The position numbers were made by a program, and so were the translations under genes. DNA of 64,000 nt from a virus, in the IMG/VR virus record IMGVR_UViG_3300023223_001361, positions 26,113-90,112 of that record, one strand, 5' to 3'. Shown in pieces: positions 28,666 through 39,073 of this stretch (position 1 is its first letter; each line of letters begins with the position of its first letter). The notes under the pieces were generated by a model, which was given only the letters and a program-made list of their open reading frames with translations, did not search any database and was not told where the DNA came from.

Positions 28666-28860
28666 GAATCTATGAAATGAAATCTATACCTGGCCTTAAA
28701 ATTGATTTAGAGAAAATTTCTTGTTTTTCTGTTGATGATATTTCTTTTGATATTCGTGTTGATGGAGTAACTTTCCATTCTTATCATGTAGCAAAAAATC
28801 AAGAAGTTTTTGATGCAGATGTATATTTTATTAATAAGTTTTTAGATTCGAGGAAATGTA

Positions 28861-29724
28861 ATGCCTTCTAAATTAATTATGACAAAAGGCTTGCCTGGTT
28901 CTGGGAAAAGCACTTGGGCAAAACAAATGGTAGAAGAATCTGGGTTCAAAAGGGTGAATAAAGATGACTTACGTGCAATGATTGATGGTGGAAAATGGTC
29001 AAAAGCTAATGAGAAGTTTATATTAAATATCAGAGATAGGATTGTTCAACATGCTTTGCTAGCTAGACATAATATTATTGTAGATGATACCAATCTCCAT
29101 CCAAAACATGAAGAAAATCTCAGGGCGGAAGCAAAATCTAATGGAGCAGAATTCAAAATAAAAGATTTTACTGATGTTCCATTGCAGACTTGTATAGAAA
29201 GGGATTTACTTCGACAGGTTTCGGTTGGCAAAGATGTTATCTTAAAAATGCATCGAGAATTTTTGAAAGACAAATCAGGTAGGCGGACTCCAGAATATAA
29301 TCACACTTTACCAAATTGCATTATTGTAGACATTGATGGAACACTTGCTATCAATGATGGTCATCGTCAATTTTATGAATGGGATAAAGTTGGTCTTGAC
29401 AAACCGAATAAACCGGTTGTTAACTTAGTTCGATATTGTGATGATTTAACAACACGCATTATTGTTTTTTCTGGTCGAGATGGTTCATGTATAGATTTAT
29501 CTAGAGAATGGTTAATTGCGAACGAAATCCCTTTTGATGCTTTATATCAAAGAGCTTCTGGTGATAGTCGTAAGGACAACATAGTAAAGCGGGAATTATA
29601 TGATGCTCATGTGTTGGGAGTATACAACGTTTTATTTGTTTTGGATGATAGGAATCAAGTTGTTGATATGTGGAGGAATGAACTAGGTTTGACTTGCCTG
29701 CAAGTAGCTGAAGGAAATTTCTAA
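28861..29724 (+). CDS. pseT: polynucleotide 5'-kinase / 3'-phosphatase
   Basis: GLPGSGKST kinase; DIDGT HAD motif; SGRD; DDRNQVVDMWR. Confidence 0.95.
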   Translation: MPSKLIMTKGLPGSGKSTWAKQMVEESGFKRVNKDDLRAMIDGGKWSKANEKFILNIRDRIVQHALLARHNIIVDDTNLHPKHEENLRAEAKSNGAEFKIKDFTDVPLQTCIERDLLRQVSVGKDVILKMHREFLKDKSGRRTPEYNHTLPNCIIVDIDGTLAINDGHRQFYEWDKVGLDKPNKPVVNLVRYCDDLTTRIIVFSGRDGSCIDLSREWLIANEIPFDALYQRASGDSRKDNIVKRELYDAHVLGVYNVLFVLDDRNQVVDMWRNELGLTCLQVAEGNF

Positions 29725-30410
29725 TGACTAAGTTTGTTTGTATTTCAGATACACATGCTACAGAAAATCGACTGCATTATCCTATTCCCGATGGAGATGT
29801 TTTATTGTTTGCTGGCGATGTTATGACTTGTGGTTATAGGGAATATGAAATTGTTGAATTTCTCAATTGGTTTTCGGCACTTCCCCATAAACACAAAATT
29901 TGGATTGCTGGAAATCATGATAGGAAATTTGAATATAATCCTGAAAGTGTAAAAGAATTACGAGATGAAAATAGTATACTTTTGGAGAAACAAGGTTTTA
30001 TATCTCCAATTTATTTACAAGATGAATCTGTTACTATTGAAGGCTGGAAAATTTATGGTTCCCCTTGGCAGCCTTGGTTTTGTGATTGGGCGTTCAATCT
30101 GCCTCGTGATGGGGAAATATTAGATGAAAAGTGGGCAGTAATTCCTGATGATACAGATATTCTTATTACTCATGGTCCACCTTTTAAAATTCTTGATAAT
30201 TCACCTGGAGTTTGTCATAGTGTTGGTTGTAAACTTCTTATGGAAAGGGTTAAGAGATTAAAGCCTAAAATTCATTTGTTTGGGCATATTCATGGTGGTT
30301 ATGGTGTTCACTTCGATGAAAACATTAATACATACTATGTTAATGCAAGTCTTGTTGACGAAAGATATGAACCGGTAAATGCCCCAATTGTAATAGAGCT
30401 ATATAAATGA
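29724..30410 (+). CDS. calcineurin-like metallophosphoesterase
   Basis: SDTH, AGD, AGNHD, THGPP, GHIH. Confidence 0.9.
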   Translation: MTKFVCISDTHATENRLHYPIPDGDVLLFAGDVMTCGYREYEIVEFLNWFSALPHKHKIWIAGNHDRKFEYNPESVKELRDENSILLEKQGFISPIYLQDESVTIEGWKIYGSPWQPWFCDWAFNLPRDGEILDEKWAVIPDDTDILITHGPPFKILDNSPGVCHSVGCKLLMERVKRLKPKIHLFGHIHGGYGVHFDENINTYYVNASLVDERYEPVNAPIVIELYK

Positions 30411-30931
30411 TAAATTATTGGAAAATAGAAAAGATAAAGAAAAAACGATTTACTATCGATAAAGATGTAGATCATGAATGTAGTCAAGAATGCATCGATC
30501 TAATTAAGTATTTTGAGGGTTTTAAAAAAGAAGCTTATCCAGATACAGGTGGTGTCTGGACTATTGGTTACGGAACAACTCGTTATAGTAAATTCAAAAG
30601 AGTAAAAAAAGGCGATGTTGTTACAAAAACTCAGGCAGAAGCATATCTCAAAGAAGATGTTGCTAGATTTGTTAAAGCCGTCAATAAACGTGTAACTGTT
30701 CCTTTAGAGCAACATCAATTTGATGCTTTAGTATGCTGGACTTATAATCTTGGCGAGACAAATTTACGAAAGTCAACTATGCTCAAGGTTTTGAATAAGG
30801 GTTTGTATGACCAAGTTCCAAATCAAATGAGAAGGTGGAATAAGGATAATGGTAAAGTAATAAGAGGATTGGTCAGGAGAAGACATGCTGAAGCTACATT
30901 ATTCGAAAGTGGAATTTCTATTAGAGGATAG
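30407..30931 (+). CDS. GH24 lysozyme (endolysin)
   Basis: FEG..AYPDTGGVWTIGYGTT, QFDALV, GLVRRRHAE. Confidence 0.93.
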   Translation: MINYWKIEKIKKKRFTIDKDVDHECSQECIDLIKYFEGFKKEAYPDTGGVWTIGYGTTRYSKFKRVKKGDVVTKTQAEAYLKEDVARFVKAVNKRVTVPLEQHQFDALVCWTYNLGETNLRKSTMLKVLNKGLYDQVPNQMRRWNKDNGKVIRGLVRRRHAEATLFESGISIRG

Positions 30932-30934
30932 ATT

Positions 30935-31282
30935 ATGTCAGAAAAGAAAACCGAAAAGAAGAAATATAATATCAAATTGGTTCATACTCATCTTGGGGAA
31001 GATATTGTTGCTGATGTTGAAGAAAAGAAGGATTCTGTGCTTTTAACAAATCCAATTGTTATTGGTATGGTTGGCAGAGCTGGTCCACCACAAGTAGCGG
31101 CTTCACCTTGGTTGTTATTTTCTACTGAAACTTTTGTAGATCTGGATCGATCTTTCATCATGTATATTAAAGAACCAGTTCAACAACTTCGTGATGAATG
31201 GCAAAGAATTTTCAATCCTAGCCAGATTATTCAACTATCTGGCGATAACAAAGTAGTAGTTCCTGAATTGAAAGTAAAATAG
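30935..31282 (+). CDS. conserved T4-like protein upstream of DNA polymerase (Sm-like?)
   Basis: IKLV..GEDIVAD..LTNP..PWL; synteny. Confidence 0.55.
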   Translation: MSEKKTEKKKYNIKLVHTHLGEDIVADVEEKKDSVLLTNPIVIGMVGRAGPPQVAASPWLLFSTETFVDLDRSFIMYIKEPVQQLRDEWQRIFNPSQIIQLSGDNKVVVPELKVK

Positions 31283-31285
31283 TAC

Positions 31286-31314
31286 TTTACTAGTTTACAA
31301 CATTGTGATATAGT
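31286..31314 (+). promoter_or_regulatory. sigma70-type promoter; probably leaderless gp43A mRNA
   Basis: TTTACT-17 nt-TATAGT with TG extension, ATG 6 nt later, no RBS. Confidence 0.55.
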
Positions 31315-31320
31315 TACATT

Positions 31321-32802
31321 ATGCGTTTTTTTACGAATTGTTTATGTATTCAGAATAAGATATATTTACGTGAAATCGTGGATGGCAACCGCAACAAGCG
31401 CAAGCTCAATTATCAACCTACTCTATTTTTGCCAGCTAACGAAGAATCCAAGTGGAAAACTCTTGATGGTAAAGATGTCAAACCGATGCAATTCTCATCT
31501 ATTAAAGATTCTAGGGAATTCATATCTCAGTATAAAGATGTAGAAAATTTTGAAATATATGGGAATACGAATTATCATTATTGTTTTATGGGTGATGAAT
31601 ATCCTGGAAAGATAGAATATAATTTTGATGATTTGATTGTTTGTAATTTAGATATTGAGGTGGCAAGTGAGAATGGTTTTCCTACTGCCGATCTTGCACA
31701 AGAAGAAGTTATAGCAATCACAATGAAAGTAAAAGATTTATTTTTTGTGTTTGGCTGCGGTAATTACAAAAATTATAATCCGAAAGTGACTTACTTTCAA
31801 TGTGAAGATGAAGTTGAATTACTTTCAAGATTTCTTGATATTTGGGAAAAAATTTCTCCAGATATCATTACTGGATGGTATATAGAAGATTTTGATATAC
31901 CATATCTTGTTAATAGAATTACTAAATTGCTTGGTAATCAAGAAGTATCAAGACTTTCTCCTTGGAAATGGGTTAAGGAGAAACGGTATTTTTATCAAGG
32001 AAAAGAAAAGATTTTGTATAATTTGGTAGGAATTTCTTGTCTGGATTATTTGACACTTTATAAGAATAAAAGTTTGAATCCTAAAGGTGCAAATAAAGAA
32101 AATTATAAGTTGAATACGATTGCTCATCTTGAACTTGGTGAAAAGAAGCTTTCCTATGAGGAATACGGAAATCTGTATAACTTATATAAGAACAATTATC
32201 AGAAGTTTATTGATTACAATATCAAGGATGTTGAGCTTGTTGATAGATTGGAAAATAAATTGAAATTTATTGAGTTAGTTGTGGGGGTCGCATATGATGC
32301 GAAAGTAAATTTTGATGATGTTTTATATCAAGTGAGAACTTGGGATACAATTATATATAATCACTTAAAAGATAGAAATATTGTTATTCCACAAAAAGAA
32401 AGACATGTTAAGAAACAACAATATGCTGGAGGGTATGTCAAAGAACCCCAGTGTGGTATGCATGATTGGGTTATGTCTTTTGATTTGAATTCATTGTATC
32501 CTCATTTAATTGCTCAATTTAATGTATCACCCGAAACAATTCGCCCGGAAATGTTTAAAGTGGTAAATGTAGAAGGTTTGCTGAAGGGGAGTTTTGATTT
32601 ATCAGATTTAAAGAATAAGAAAGTTACAATGGCAGCAAATGGTCACCATTTTGATACTACTAAAGAAGGATTTTTACCAAAGATTTTAATGGAAATGTAT
32701 TCCCTAAGAACTGTTTATAAGAACAAGATGCTTAATGCTGAAAAAAAGTTGGAAAATATCAATACTGAAATGCGCAAAAGAAAATTAGAAGTAAATGAGT
32801 AA
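31321..32802 (+). CDS. gp43: DNA polymerase B, N-terminal subunit (gp43A: exonuclease, motif A, first fingers helix)
   Basis: DIE, FDIPY, YNIKDV, YAGGYV, SFDLNSLYP; stops in the fingers domain. Confidence 0.95.
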   Translation: MRFFTNCLCIQNKIYLREIVDGNRNKRKLNYQPTLFLPANEESKWKTLDGKDVKPMQFSSIKDSREFISQYKDVENFEIYGNTNYHYCFMGDEYPGKIEYNFDDLIVCNLDIEVASENGFPTADLAQEEVIAITMKVKDLFFVFGCGNYKNYNPKVTYFQCEDEVELLSRFLDIWEKISPDIITGWYIEDFDIPYLVNRITKLLGNQEVSRLSPWKWVKEKRYFYQGKEKILYNLVGISCLDYLTLYKNKSLNPKGANKENYKLNTIAHLELGEKKLSYEEYGNLYNLYKNNYQKFIDYNIKDVELVDRLENKLKFIELVVGVAYDAKVNFDDVLYQVRTWDTIIYNHLKDRNIVIPQKERHVKKQQYAGGYVKEPQCGMHDWVMSFDLNSLYPHLIAQFNVSPETIRPEMFKVVNVEGLLKGSFDLSDLKNKKVTMAANGHHFDTTKEGFLPKILMEMYSLRTVYKNKMLNAEKKLENINTEMRKRKLEVNE

Positions 32803-32968
32803 TCATATACAAATTTTTAAAAAATATAAGAGTGTTTGCTGTAAAGCGCCAATTCAGAGAGAAAGCTGGCAAATTAGGTGGTTAGCTGGAACGCATCATA
32901 TTTGCACCAACTGTAAAAATTTTGTTTCTGATCCTGAGATTTGTTTATCTGATAGGAAAATAAAATGA
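32795..32968 (+). CDS. 57-aa Cys-rich protein
   Basis: SVCCKAP...HICTNCK; overlaps both neighbours. Confidence 0.45.
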   Translation: MSNHIQIFKKYKSVCCKAPIQRESWQIRWLAGTHHICTNCKNFVSDPEICLSDRKIK

Positions 32969-33798
32969 TCGGCGAAACAAAATATGGGCCTACTGTTCCG
33001 ATAACAAAAATTGATGGATATGATAGACTATTTGCTGTTGGTGACGTTCATGGTTGCAAAGCTGAATTAGATATTATTCTAAATCATCTTGTGGAAAAAG
33101 AAAAGCTCACTCAGAATGATCAATTGGTTTTCATTGGTGATTATATTGACCGTGGACCCGATTCACCTGGAGTTATCCAGACCTTAATAGAATTCAAGAA
33201 AAAGTTTCCAAGGACGGAATTTCTTCGTGGAAATCATGAGGATATGTTGATAGGTTATCTTTATGGCGAAACGGGAATGTCTAGTTGTAGCCCAAATCGG
33301 CGCTTCGGCGGTCTATTTGGTAATATGTTTTTCTATAATGGTGGTAATGAAACTGCAACGCAATATGATCCAGATATTCATTTCAGTGAAGCAATACCGC
33401 ACGACCATAAAAAATTTATATTAAATTGCAAACTAATAATTGATACACCAAATGCATATTTTGTTCATGCTGGTTTCGAGAATTTTAAGAAGGTTCCTCT
33501 TGAAGAACAAGTTCTTGGATGTGTTACATGGATGCGTTTCCCATTTCTACATGCTCAGTGTAAATTTGGAAAGACTGTTGTACATGGTCACACTCCAACA
33601 GAAAGGCTACATTGGATTACTACAAAAAATGGTGCAGATCAGGTTAATCTTGATACTGGATGCGTTTATCATGGTAAAAGAGTTAAGAATGGAAGGTTGA
33701 GCTGTTTGAATGTTAAAGAAAAATATGCTTTCTGTGTTACTAAAGGTGAAACAGAAATTGTTGATGTTAATAGGAAAGAACTTTTTGAAAAGCAATAA
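32965..33798 (+). CDS. PPP-family Ser/Thr phosphatase / ApaH-like metallophosphoesterase
   Basis: GDVHG, GDYIDRG, RGNHE, VHAG, HGHTP, LDTGC. Confidence 0.9.
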   Translation: MIGETKYGPTVPITKIDGYDRLFAVGDVHGCKAELDIILNHLVEKEKLTQNDQLVFIGDYIDRGPDSPGVIQTLIEFKKKFPRTEFLRGNHEDMLIGYLYGETGMSSCSPNRRFGGLFGNMFFYNGGNETATQYDPDIHFSEAIPHDHKKFILNCKLIIDTPNAYFVHAGFENFKKVPLEEQVLGCVTWMRFPFLHAQCKFGKTVVHGHTPTERLHWITTKNGADQVNLDTGCVYHGKRVKNGRLSCLNVKEKYAFCVTKGETEIVDVNRKELFEKQ

Positions 33799-33873
33799 TC
33801 CGGGGTAGCTCAACGGTTGAGCAGACGGCTGTTAACCGTCCGGTTGCAGGTTCGAATCCTGCCCTCGGAGCCA
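33799..33873 (+). tRNA. tRNA-Asn(GTT)
   Basis: TCCGGGG/CCTCGGA acceptor, GACGG-CT-GTT-AA-CCGTC, GCAGG-TTCGAAT-CCTGC, G73-CCA. Confidence 0.95.
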
Positions 33874-33882
33874 AAATTTGAA

Positions 33883-34584
33883 ATGAGAGAAGCAAAAATT
33901 TATATGATAGAGCATAAAACTCTCTATAGAAGATATATAGGTTTTACATTAAATTTAAATGCCAGAATTTCTTGTCATAAAAATTGTAAAGAAAATGGAT
34001 TACTTCATAGAGATATAAAAAAATATGGTTGGGATGCTTTTGAAACAACAATTTTATACGAATCACCAGATGAATATCACACTTTACTATCTATGGAGCC
34101 TTATTTTATTGGATTACATCAATCTCATGTAGCCTTTGGTGGCTATAATCAAAGTTTTGGTGGGGAACATGGTCAATTAAAATTAGAGAGTTATATTATA
34201 AGGAAAGGAGGTACGAAAAATAGGGATAGTAAGCTTTATGGTCATAATCAATTTGAAGTTCCAGGAAAGATTTACTTTCCTGAAAGTGAAAAATTTGAAT
34301 TAAATCCACCATCTGTTGCTTTACCTAAGCAACCCAGAACAAAAAGATTAGAATGGAATAATCTTTTGGAGTATGTTGAAGATGCTACACGATGTAAAGA
34401 TAATATTGGTAAATATGCAATTTCTTATAAGGATAAAATAAAAATCCTTGACAAAGAAAAATTAAAAGAGTATTGTAATAAAAATTATTTAAATTTTTGG
34501 CATATGCTTCAAAAGGCAGAGGGAAAGAAAAATCAACATCTTAAATATCACAGTAAGTGGCATTTTATTAAAAGGATAAGATGA
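33883..34584 (+). CDS. GIY-YIG homing endonuclease-like protein
   Basis: KIYMI...RYIGFT...R...H...IKKYGWDAF...E...GYN; start moved to ATG 33883 because the TTG start lies inside the tRNA. Confidence 0.8.
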   Translation: MREAKIYMIEHKTLYRRYIGFTLNLNARISCHKNCKENGLLHRDIKKYGWDAFETTILYESPDEYHTLLSMEPYFIGLHQSHVAFGGYNQSFGGEHGQLKLESYIIRKGGTKNRDSKLYGHNQFEVPGKIYFPESEKFELNPPSVALPKQPRTKRLEWNNLLEYVEDATRCKDNIGKYAISYKDKIKILDKEKLKEYCNKNYLNFWHMLQKAEGKKNQHLKYHSKWHFIKRIR

Positions 34585-35681
34585 ATTTACAAAACTTAAC
34601 AAATCAAGAATTAAAAGCTCTACATTCCAAAACATCTGATGAAGTTTTTGAATTTAAGAACTTGCAGGAAGCTAAGAAGGTTCAGCTTAACTCAGCTTAT
34701 GGTGCCTTGGGGAACCAATATTTTCGTTTTTATGATATTAGACAAGCTGAAGCTATTACACTTTCTGGTCAACTTGTGATTCAGTGGATTGAAAAAACTT
34801 TGAATGATTTTCTAAACAAAATGCTTCATACTGAAGATATAGATTATATCATTGCAATGGATACTGATTCAGTTTATGTGAAATTGGATAAATTAGTTGA
34901 TACAGTTTTTAAAGGTAATGTACCAGAACCAAACAAAGTCGTTGACTTTTTAGATAAAGTAGCCGAACAAACTTTTAAGCCATTAATTGATAAGTCTTAT
35001 CAGAAACTAGCAGATTATCTTAATGGATACGCACAAAAAATGCAAATGGATCGTGAAGTGATTGCTAGAAAGGGTATTTGGACGGCAAAGAAACGATATG
35101 CTTTACAAGTATATGATTCTGAAGGTATTCGATATAAAAAGCCAAAAATCAAAGACATGGGTTTGGAAACTGTCAAATCTAGTACACCTGAATTTTGTCG
35201 AAAAAAGCTAAAAGAAGCACTAGAAATTTTAATGGTAAAGGATGAAGTTGCAATACAAGAATTTATTGCTAAAGTAAAAGAAGAATTTGATGCACTTCCA
35301 CCAGAAGAAATGGCTTTCCCGAGAGGTGTGAATAATCTAGAAAAGTATGCAAATAAAGAATTTATCTATAGTTCAGGAACACCACAAAATGTGAAAGCTT
35401 CTCTGGTTTATAACCACTTGTTAAAAAAGCATAAATTAACCAGAAAATATCATCTGATCAAGAGCGGGGATAAGATGAAATTTTTACCTTTAATCTTGCC
35501 TAATTCTGCACAAAATGCTATAATAGGATTTTCAGATGAATTACCAAAAGAGTTTAATTTACATGATCAGATTGATTATGATAAGCAATTTGAAAAATCT
35601 TTTCTCCATCCTTTAGTTGGATTATTAAAACATGTTGGTTGGGAAACCGAGAAAAAATCTTCTTTGTTGGATTTTTTATAA
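34581..35681 (+). CDS. gp43: DNA polymerase B, C-terminal subunit (gp43B)
   Basis: KKVQLNSAYGALGN, AITLSGQ, DTDS, KKRYA, GLETVKSSTP, C-terminal clamp-binding SLLDFL; own RBS AAGGA. Confidence 0.95.
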   Translation: MNLQNLTNQELKALHSKTSDEVFEFKNLQEAKKVQLNSAYGALGNQYFRFYDIRQAEAITLSGQLVIQWIEKTLNDFLNKMLHTEDIDYIIAMDTDSVYVKLDKLVDTVFKGNVPEPNKVVDFLDKVAEQTFKPLIDKSYQKLADYLNGYAQKMQMDREVIARKGIWTAKKRYALQVYDSEGIRYKKPKIKDMGLETVKSSTPEFCRKKLKEALEILMVKDEVAIQEFIAKVKEEFDALPPEEMAFPRGVNNLEKYANKEFIYSSGTPQNVKASLVYNHLLKKHKLTRKYHLIKSGDKMKFLPLILPNSAQNAIIGFSDELPKEFNLHDQIDYDKQFEKSFLHPLVGLLKHVGWETEKKSSLLDFL

Positions 35682-36433
35682 TGATAGAATTATTTCTTGG
35701 TGACTGTTTAGAAATTATGAGAAATATAGATGATAATTCTATAGATATGATTCTATGTGATTTACCTTATGGTACAACAAGATGTAAATGGGATATTCCT
35801 ATTCCTTTTAAATTTCTATGGAAAGAATATGAAAGAATTACAAAAGAAACAGCTAATATTATACTAACTTCAGCTCAACCATTTACAAGTAAATTGATTT
35901 TAAGTAATCTTAATTTATTCAAATATGAATTAATTTGGAATAAACGAAAAGTTACTGGTTTCTTAAATGCTAAAAAGCGCCCTTTAGTTCAACATGAAAA
36001 TATTTTAGTATTTTATAAAAAATTTGGAACTTATAATCCAATAATGCATGATAATAAACTAAAAAGAGAATTTAAAGAAGTGAAAAAAATCGATAAGACA
36101 AAAGTTTATGGAAAACAAAAATCTCATATAAAAAATATCGAAGATAATATTTCTTATCCAAGAAGTATAATTGAAAAAGTGGGTGTTCTTGGAAATAGTG
36201 ATGAAAAGGTTAATCATCCAACACAGAAACCAATCGGTTTATTTGAATATTTAATTAAAACTTATAGTAATCCTAATGATTTGGTTCTAGATAATTGTAT
36301 GGGTTCAGGTACAACTGGCGTTGCTTGTAAAAGAAATAATCGCAATTTTATTGGTATAGAATTGGATAAAGGATATTTTGACATAGCTAAAGATAGGATT
36401 GATGGTGAAAATAATTTGTTGGAATTTTTATAA
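35681..36433 (+). CDS. DNA amino-methyltransferase (beta class, DLPY)
   Basis: LCDLPYG, HPTQKP, DNCMGSGTTG. Confidence 0.92.
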   Translation: MIELFLGDCLEIMRNIDDNSIDMILCDLPYGTTRCKWDIPIPFKFLWKEYERITKETANIILTSAQPFTSKLILSNLNLFKYELIWNKRKVTGFLNAKKRPLVQHENILVFYKKFGTYNPIMHDNKLKREFKEVKKIDKTKVYGKQKSHIKNIEDNISYPRSIIEKVGVLGNSDEKVNHPTQKPIGLFEYLIKTYSNPNDLVLDNCMGSGTTGVACKRNNRNFIGIELDKGYFDIAKDRIDGENNLLEFL

Positions 36434-36858
36434 TGGGAAACTATACTTATATGGAGCTTTGGGATATGCCTAATGTAGAAATGAGTAAATTAGTAGGTAA
36501 GGTTTTCACTTCTATAGATGTAGGAGATGATAGTATTACATTTAAAGCAAATGATGGTTCTGAGTATGTCATGTGGCACAATCAGGATTGTTGCGAAAAT
36601 GTTTATGTTGAAAGCGTTGTTGGTGATATAATAGATTTAATAGGAAATCCTATTTTACTTGCAGAAGTAGTGAGCCAAAATGAGACACCAAAAGGAATTT
36701 CAGATGAGGAATTATCTACTGGAGAAAGTTTTACTTGGACTTTTTACAAATTAGCAACGATTAAGGGTCATGTTGATATTCGATGGTTTGGCTCATCTAA
36801 TGGTTATTATTCTGAAAGGGTTAATTTAGTCGAAACGAAAGATGCTAAAGTTGAATAA
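36433..36858 (+). CDS. conserved phage protein
   Basis: HNQDCCENV...TWTFYKLAT.KG.VDIRWFGSSNGYYSE. Confidence 0.65.
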   Translation: MGNYTYMELWDMPNVEMSKLVGKVFTSIDVGDDSITFKANDGSEYVMWHNQDCCENVYVESVVGDIIDLIGNPILLAEVVSQNETPKGISDEELSTGESFTWTFYKLATIKGHVDIRWFGSSNGYYSERVNLVETKDAKVE

Positions 36859-37639
36859 AATATATCATGGCAATTGTCTTGAGTTGATGAATGAACTGGA
36901 TGATGGTTGTATTGATTTAACTGTAACTTCTCCACCTTATGATAACTTAAGAGATTATAACGGATATGAATTTCGATTTGATGAAATCGCAACTGAGTTG
37001 TTTCGGATTACCAAACCTGGAGGTATTGTTGTTTGGGTTGTGGGTGATGCTGTTATAAAAGGAAGTGAAACTGGCACTTCATTTCAGCAAGCATTATATT
37101 TTAAAGATATTGGTTTTCGGTTACATGATACAATGATTTGGCAGAAAAGTAATTTTTCAAATCCTAGTAAAAATAGATATCATCAAATTTTCGAATATAT
37201 GTTTGTGTTTTCAAAAGGTAAACTAAAAACATTTAATCCTATTAAAGACAAGAAGAATAAGTATGTTGGTCAAGCTACAGTGGGAAAGAATACTAGAAGA
37301 TTAGCTAATGGAGAAATGGTTGAGTCAAAAAAGAATATTATTAATGAATATGGTATGAGAACAAATATTTGGTTCATGAATACAGTAGGTCAGGAATACA
37401 TGTGTAAAAAGTTGCCGCATCCAGCTATGTTTCCCGAAAAACTTGTAAAGGATCATATTATCTCGTGGTCAAATAAAGGTGATTTAGTTTTGGATCCCTT
37501 TATTGGGAGTGGGACAACTGCTAAAGTAGCTATGTTGAATAATCGAAACTATATTGGGATGGATATTTCAAAAGAATATTGCGAAATGGCAAGAGCAAGA
37601 ATTGATGAGAGTCAAGGATTGCTATCAGTCATGAAATAG
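36842..37639 (+). CDS. DNA amino-methyltransferase (beta class, SPPY; likely m4C)
   Basis: VTSPPY, HPAMFP, DPFIGSGTT. Confidence 0.92.
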   Translation: MLKLNKIYHGNCLELMNELDDGCIDLTVTSPPYDNLRDYNGYEFRFDEIATELFRITKPGGIVVWVVGDAVIKGSETGTSFQQALYFKDIGFRLHDTMIWQKSNFSNPSKNRYHQIFEYMFVFSKGKLKTFNPIKDKKNKYVGQATVGKNTRRLANGEMVESKKNIINEYGMRTNIWFMNTVGQEYMCKKLPHPAMFPEKLVKDHIISWSNKGDLVLDPFIGSGTTAKVAMLNNRNYIGMDISKEYCEMARARIDESQGLLSVMK

Positions 37640-37877
37640 GAAAAAATTATGGAATGGAAATTAATTGAAACAGTAGAAGACTTTGGCAAAATTTTTGAGG
37701 TTGGTGGATTCAAAGTATGGGAAGCATCACCACTTGCTCTTTTACATGGCGCGCTTCCTTATCAAATGTTAATGGTGTTGGCTGCCGACGAAACTAAAAA
37801 AGAATTGGCGAGTTTTTCTGATAGAGAAAATGTAGAATCTTTTATAGAAGAGGGAATGAAATTAGAAGGGATGAAAT

Positions 37878-38927
37878 ATGATGGCAAATAGTTTTTTGAA
37901 AGATATGCTGAAAGTTGCTGGGAATGATTATGGTTCAATTGTGGAAGATGGTATCAAAGGTGCTGAAGTTAGAGGTTGGATTGATACGGGTTCATATATT
38001 CTAAATGCTCAGTTAAGTGGAAGTCTCCATAAAGGATTACCAAATAATAAAATAACAGCTCTCGCAGGCCCTGAAGGTACAGGTAAAACATTTTTTATGT
38101 TTGGTATGCTTAAAAACTTTCTAGAGAATGATCCAAAAGCTGTTGGTGTTATATTTGAATCTGAATCAGCTATCACTAAAGACATGATGAAAGCTCATAG
38201 TATTGATGTATTAAGAGTAATGGTTTTACCTTGTGTTACCGTAGAAGAGTTTCAATTCCAAGCTGTGAAAATGATAGACAACTATACAGCACAACCTGAG
38301 AAAAATAGAACACCTATGTTTTGGGCACTTGATTCTCTTGGGAATTTATCAACTATTCCTGAAATGGAGAAAGCTGGAAGTGGTGATACCTATAATGATA
38401 TGGGTCGGCGAGCGAAACTAATCAAAGGAACTTTTCGTGTTCTTGGTTTGAAATTGGGTCAAGCTGGAGTCCCCCTTGTTGTTACTAACCATATTTATTT
38501 GCCGCCTGGAGTTATGTATCCAACTCCTACGATGTCTGGTGGAACTGGATTAAAATATCTTGCAAGTGCTATTCTATTTCTTTCAAAAAGAAAAGAGAAA
38601 GACGGAACCGAAGTCATTGGAAATATTATTCATTGTAAATTGGGGAAAGGTAGACTTTCAAAAGAAAATACTGTAGTTGATGTTAGATTAAGCTATGATA
38701 AAGGACTTGATAGATATTACGGCTTGTTAGAATTAGCTGAGAAATATGGTATCTTCAAAAAGACATCAACTCGTTTTGAACTTCCTGATGGCTCAAAGGT
38801 ATTCGGTAAAGCCATATTAAAGGATCCACAGAAGTATTTTACAAATGAAGTAATGAATGAATTAGAAAAAGCTGCCCAGCGAGAGTTTTCTTATGGGAAT
38901 ATGATAGAGGAAAATGATGAAGAGTAA
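37878..38927 (+). CDS. uvsX: RecA-like recombinase UvsX
   Basis: IDTGSYILNA, AGPEGTGKT, DSLGNL, VTNH, SGGTG. Confidence 0.96.
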   Translation: MMANSFLKDMLKVAGNDYGSIVEDGIKGAEVRGWIDTGSYILNAQLSGSLHKGLPNNKITALAGPEGTGKTFFMFGMLKNFLENDPKAVGVIFESESAITKDMMKAHSIDVLRVMVLPCVTVEEFQFQAVKMIDNYTAQPEKNRTPMFWALDSLGNLSTIPEMEKAGSGDTYNDMGRRAKLIKGTFRVLGLKLGQAGVPLVVTNHIYLPPGVMYPTPTMSGGTGLKYLASAILFLSKRKEKDGTEVIGNIIHCKLGKGRLSKENTVVDVRLSYDKGLDRYYGLLELAEKYGIFKKTSTRFELPDGSKVFGKAILKDPQKYFTNEVMNELEKAAQREFSYGNMIEENDEE

Positions 38928-39073
38928 ATCTTACACTAAAATCAAAACTGGTCAACCTAGTGATGGAGCTAAAATCACAGCAGTTAAAAGAAAAGGCATA
39001 TATTACATTACTCATGCTGATGGATGTACAACATCACTCAGTGAAGGAAAATTTAATAAAAGGTATGTAGAAG

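Noticed and set aside
33817-33882. N-terminal extension of the GIY-YIG ORF
   Set aside because: It overlaps tRNA-Asn; the ATG at 33883 precedes the nuclease motif.
32803-34580. Group I intron or intein in gp43
   Set aside because: Both halves have their own stop/start and RBS; the insert is filled with ORFs and a tRNA; no intein termini or recognisable intron core.
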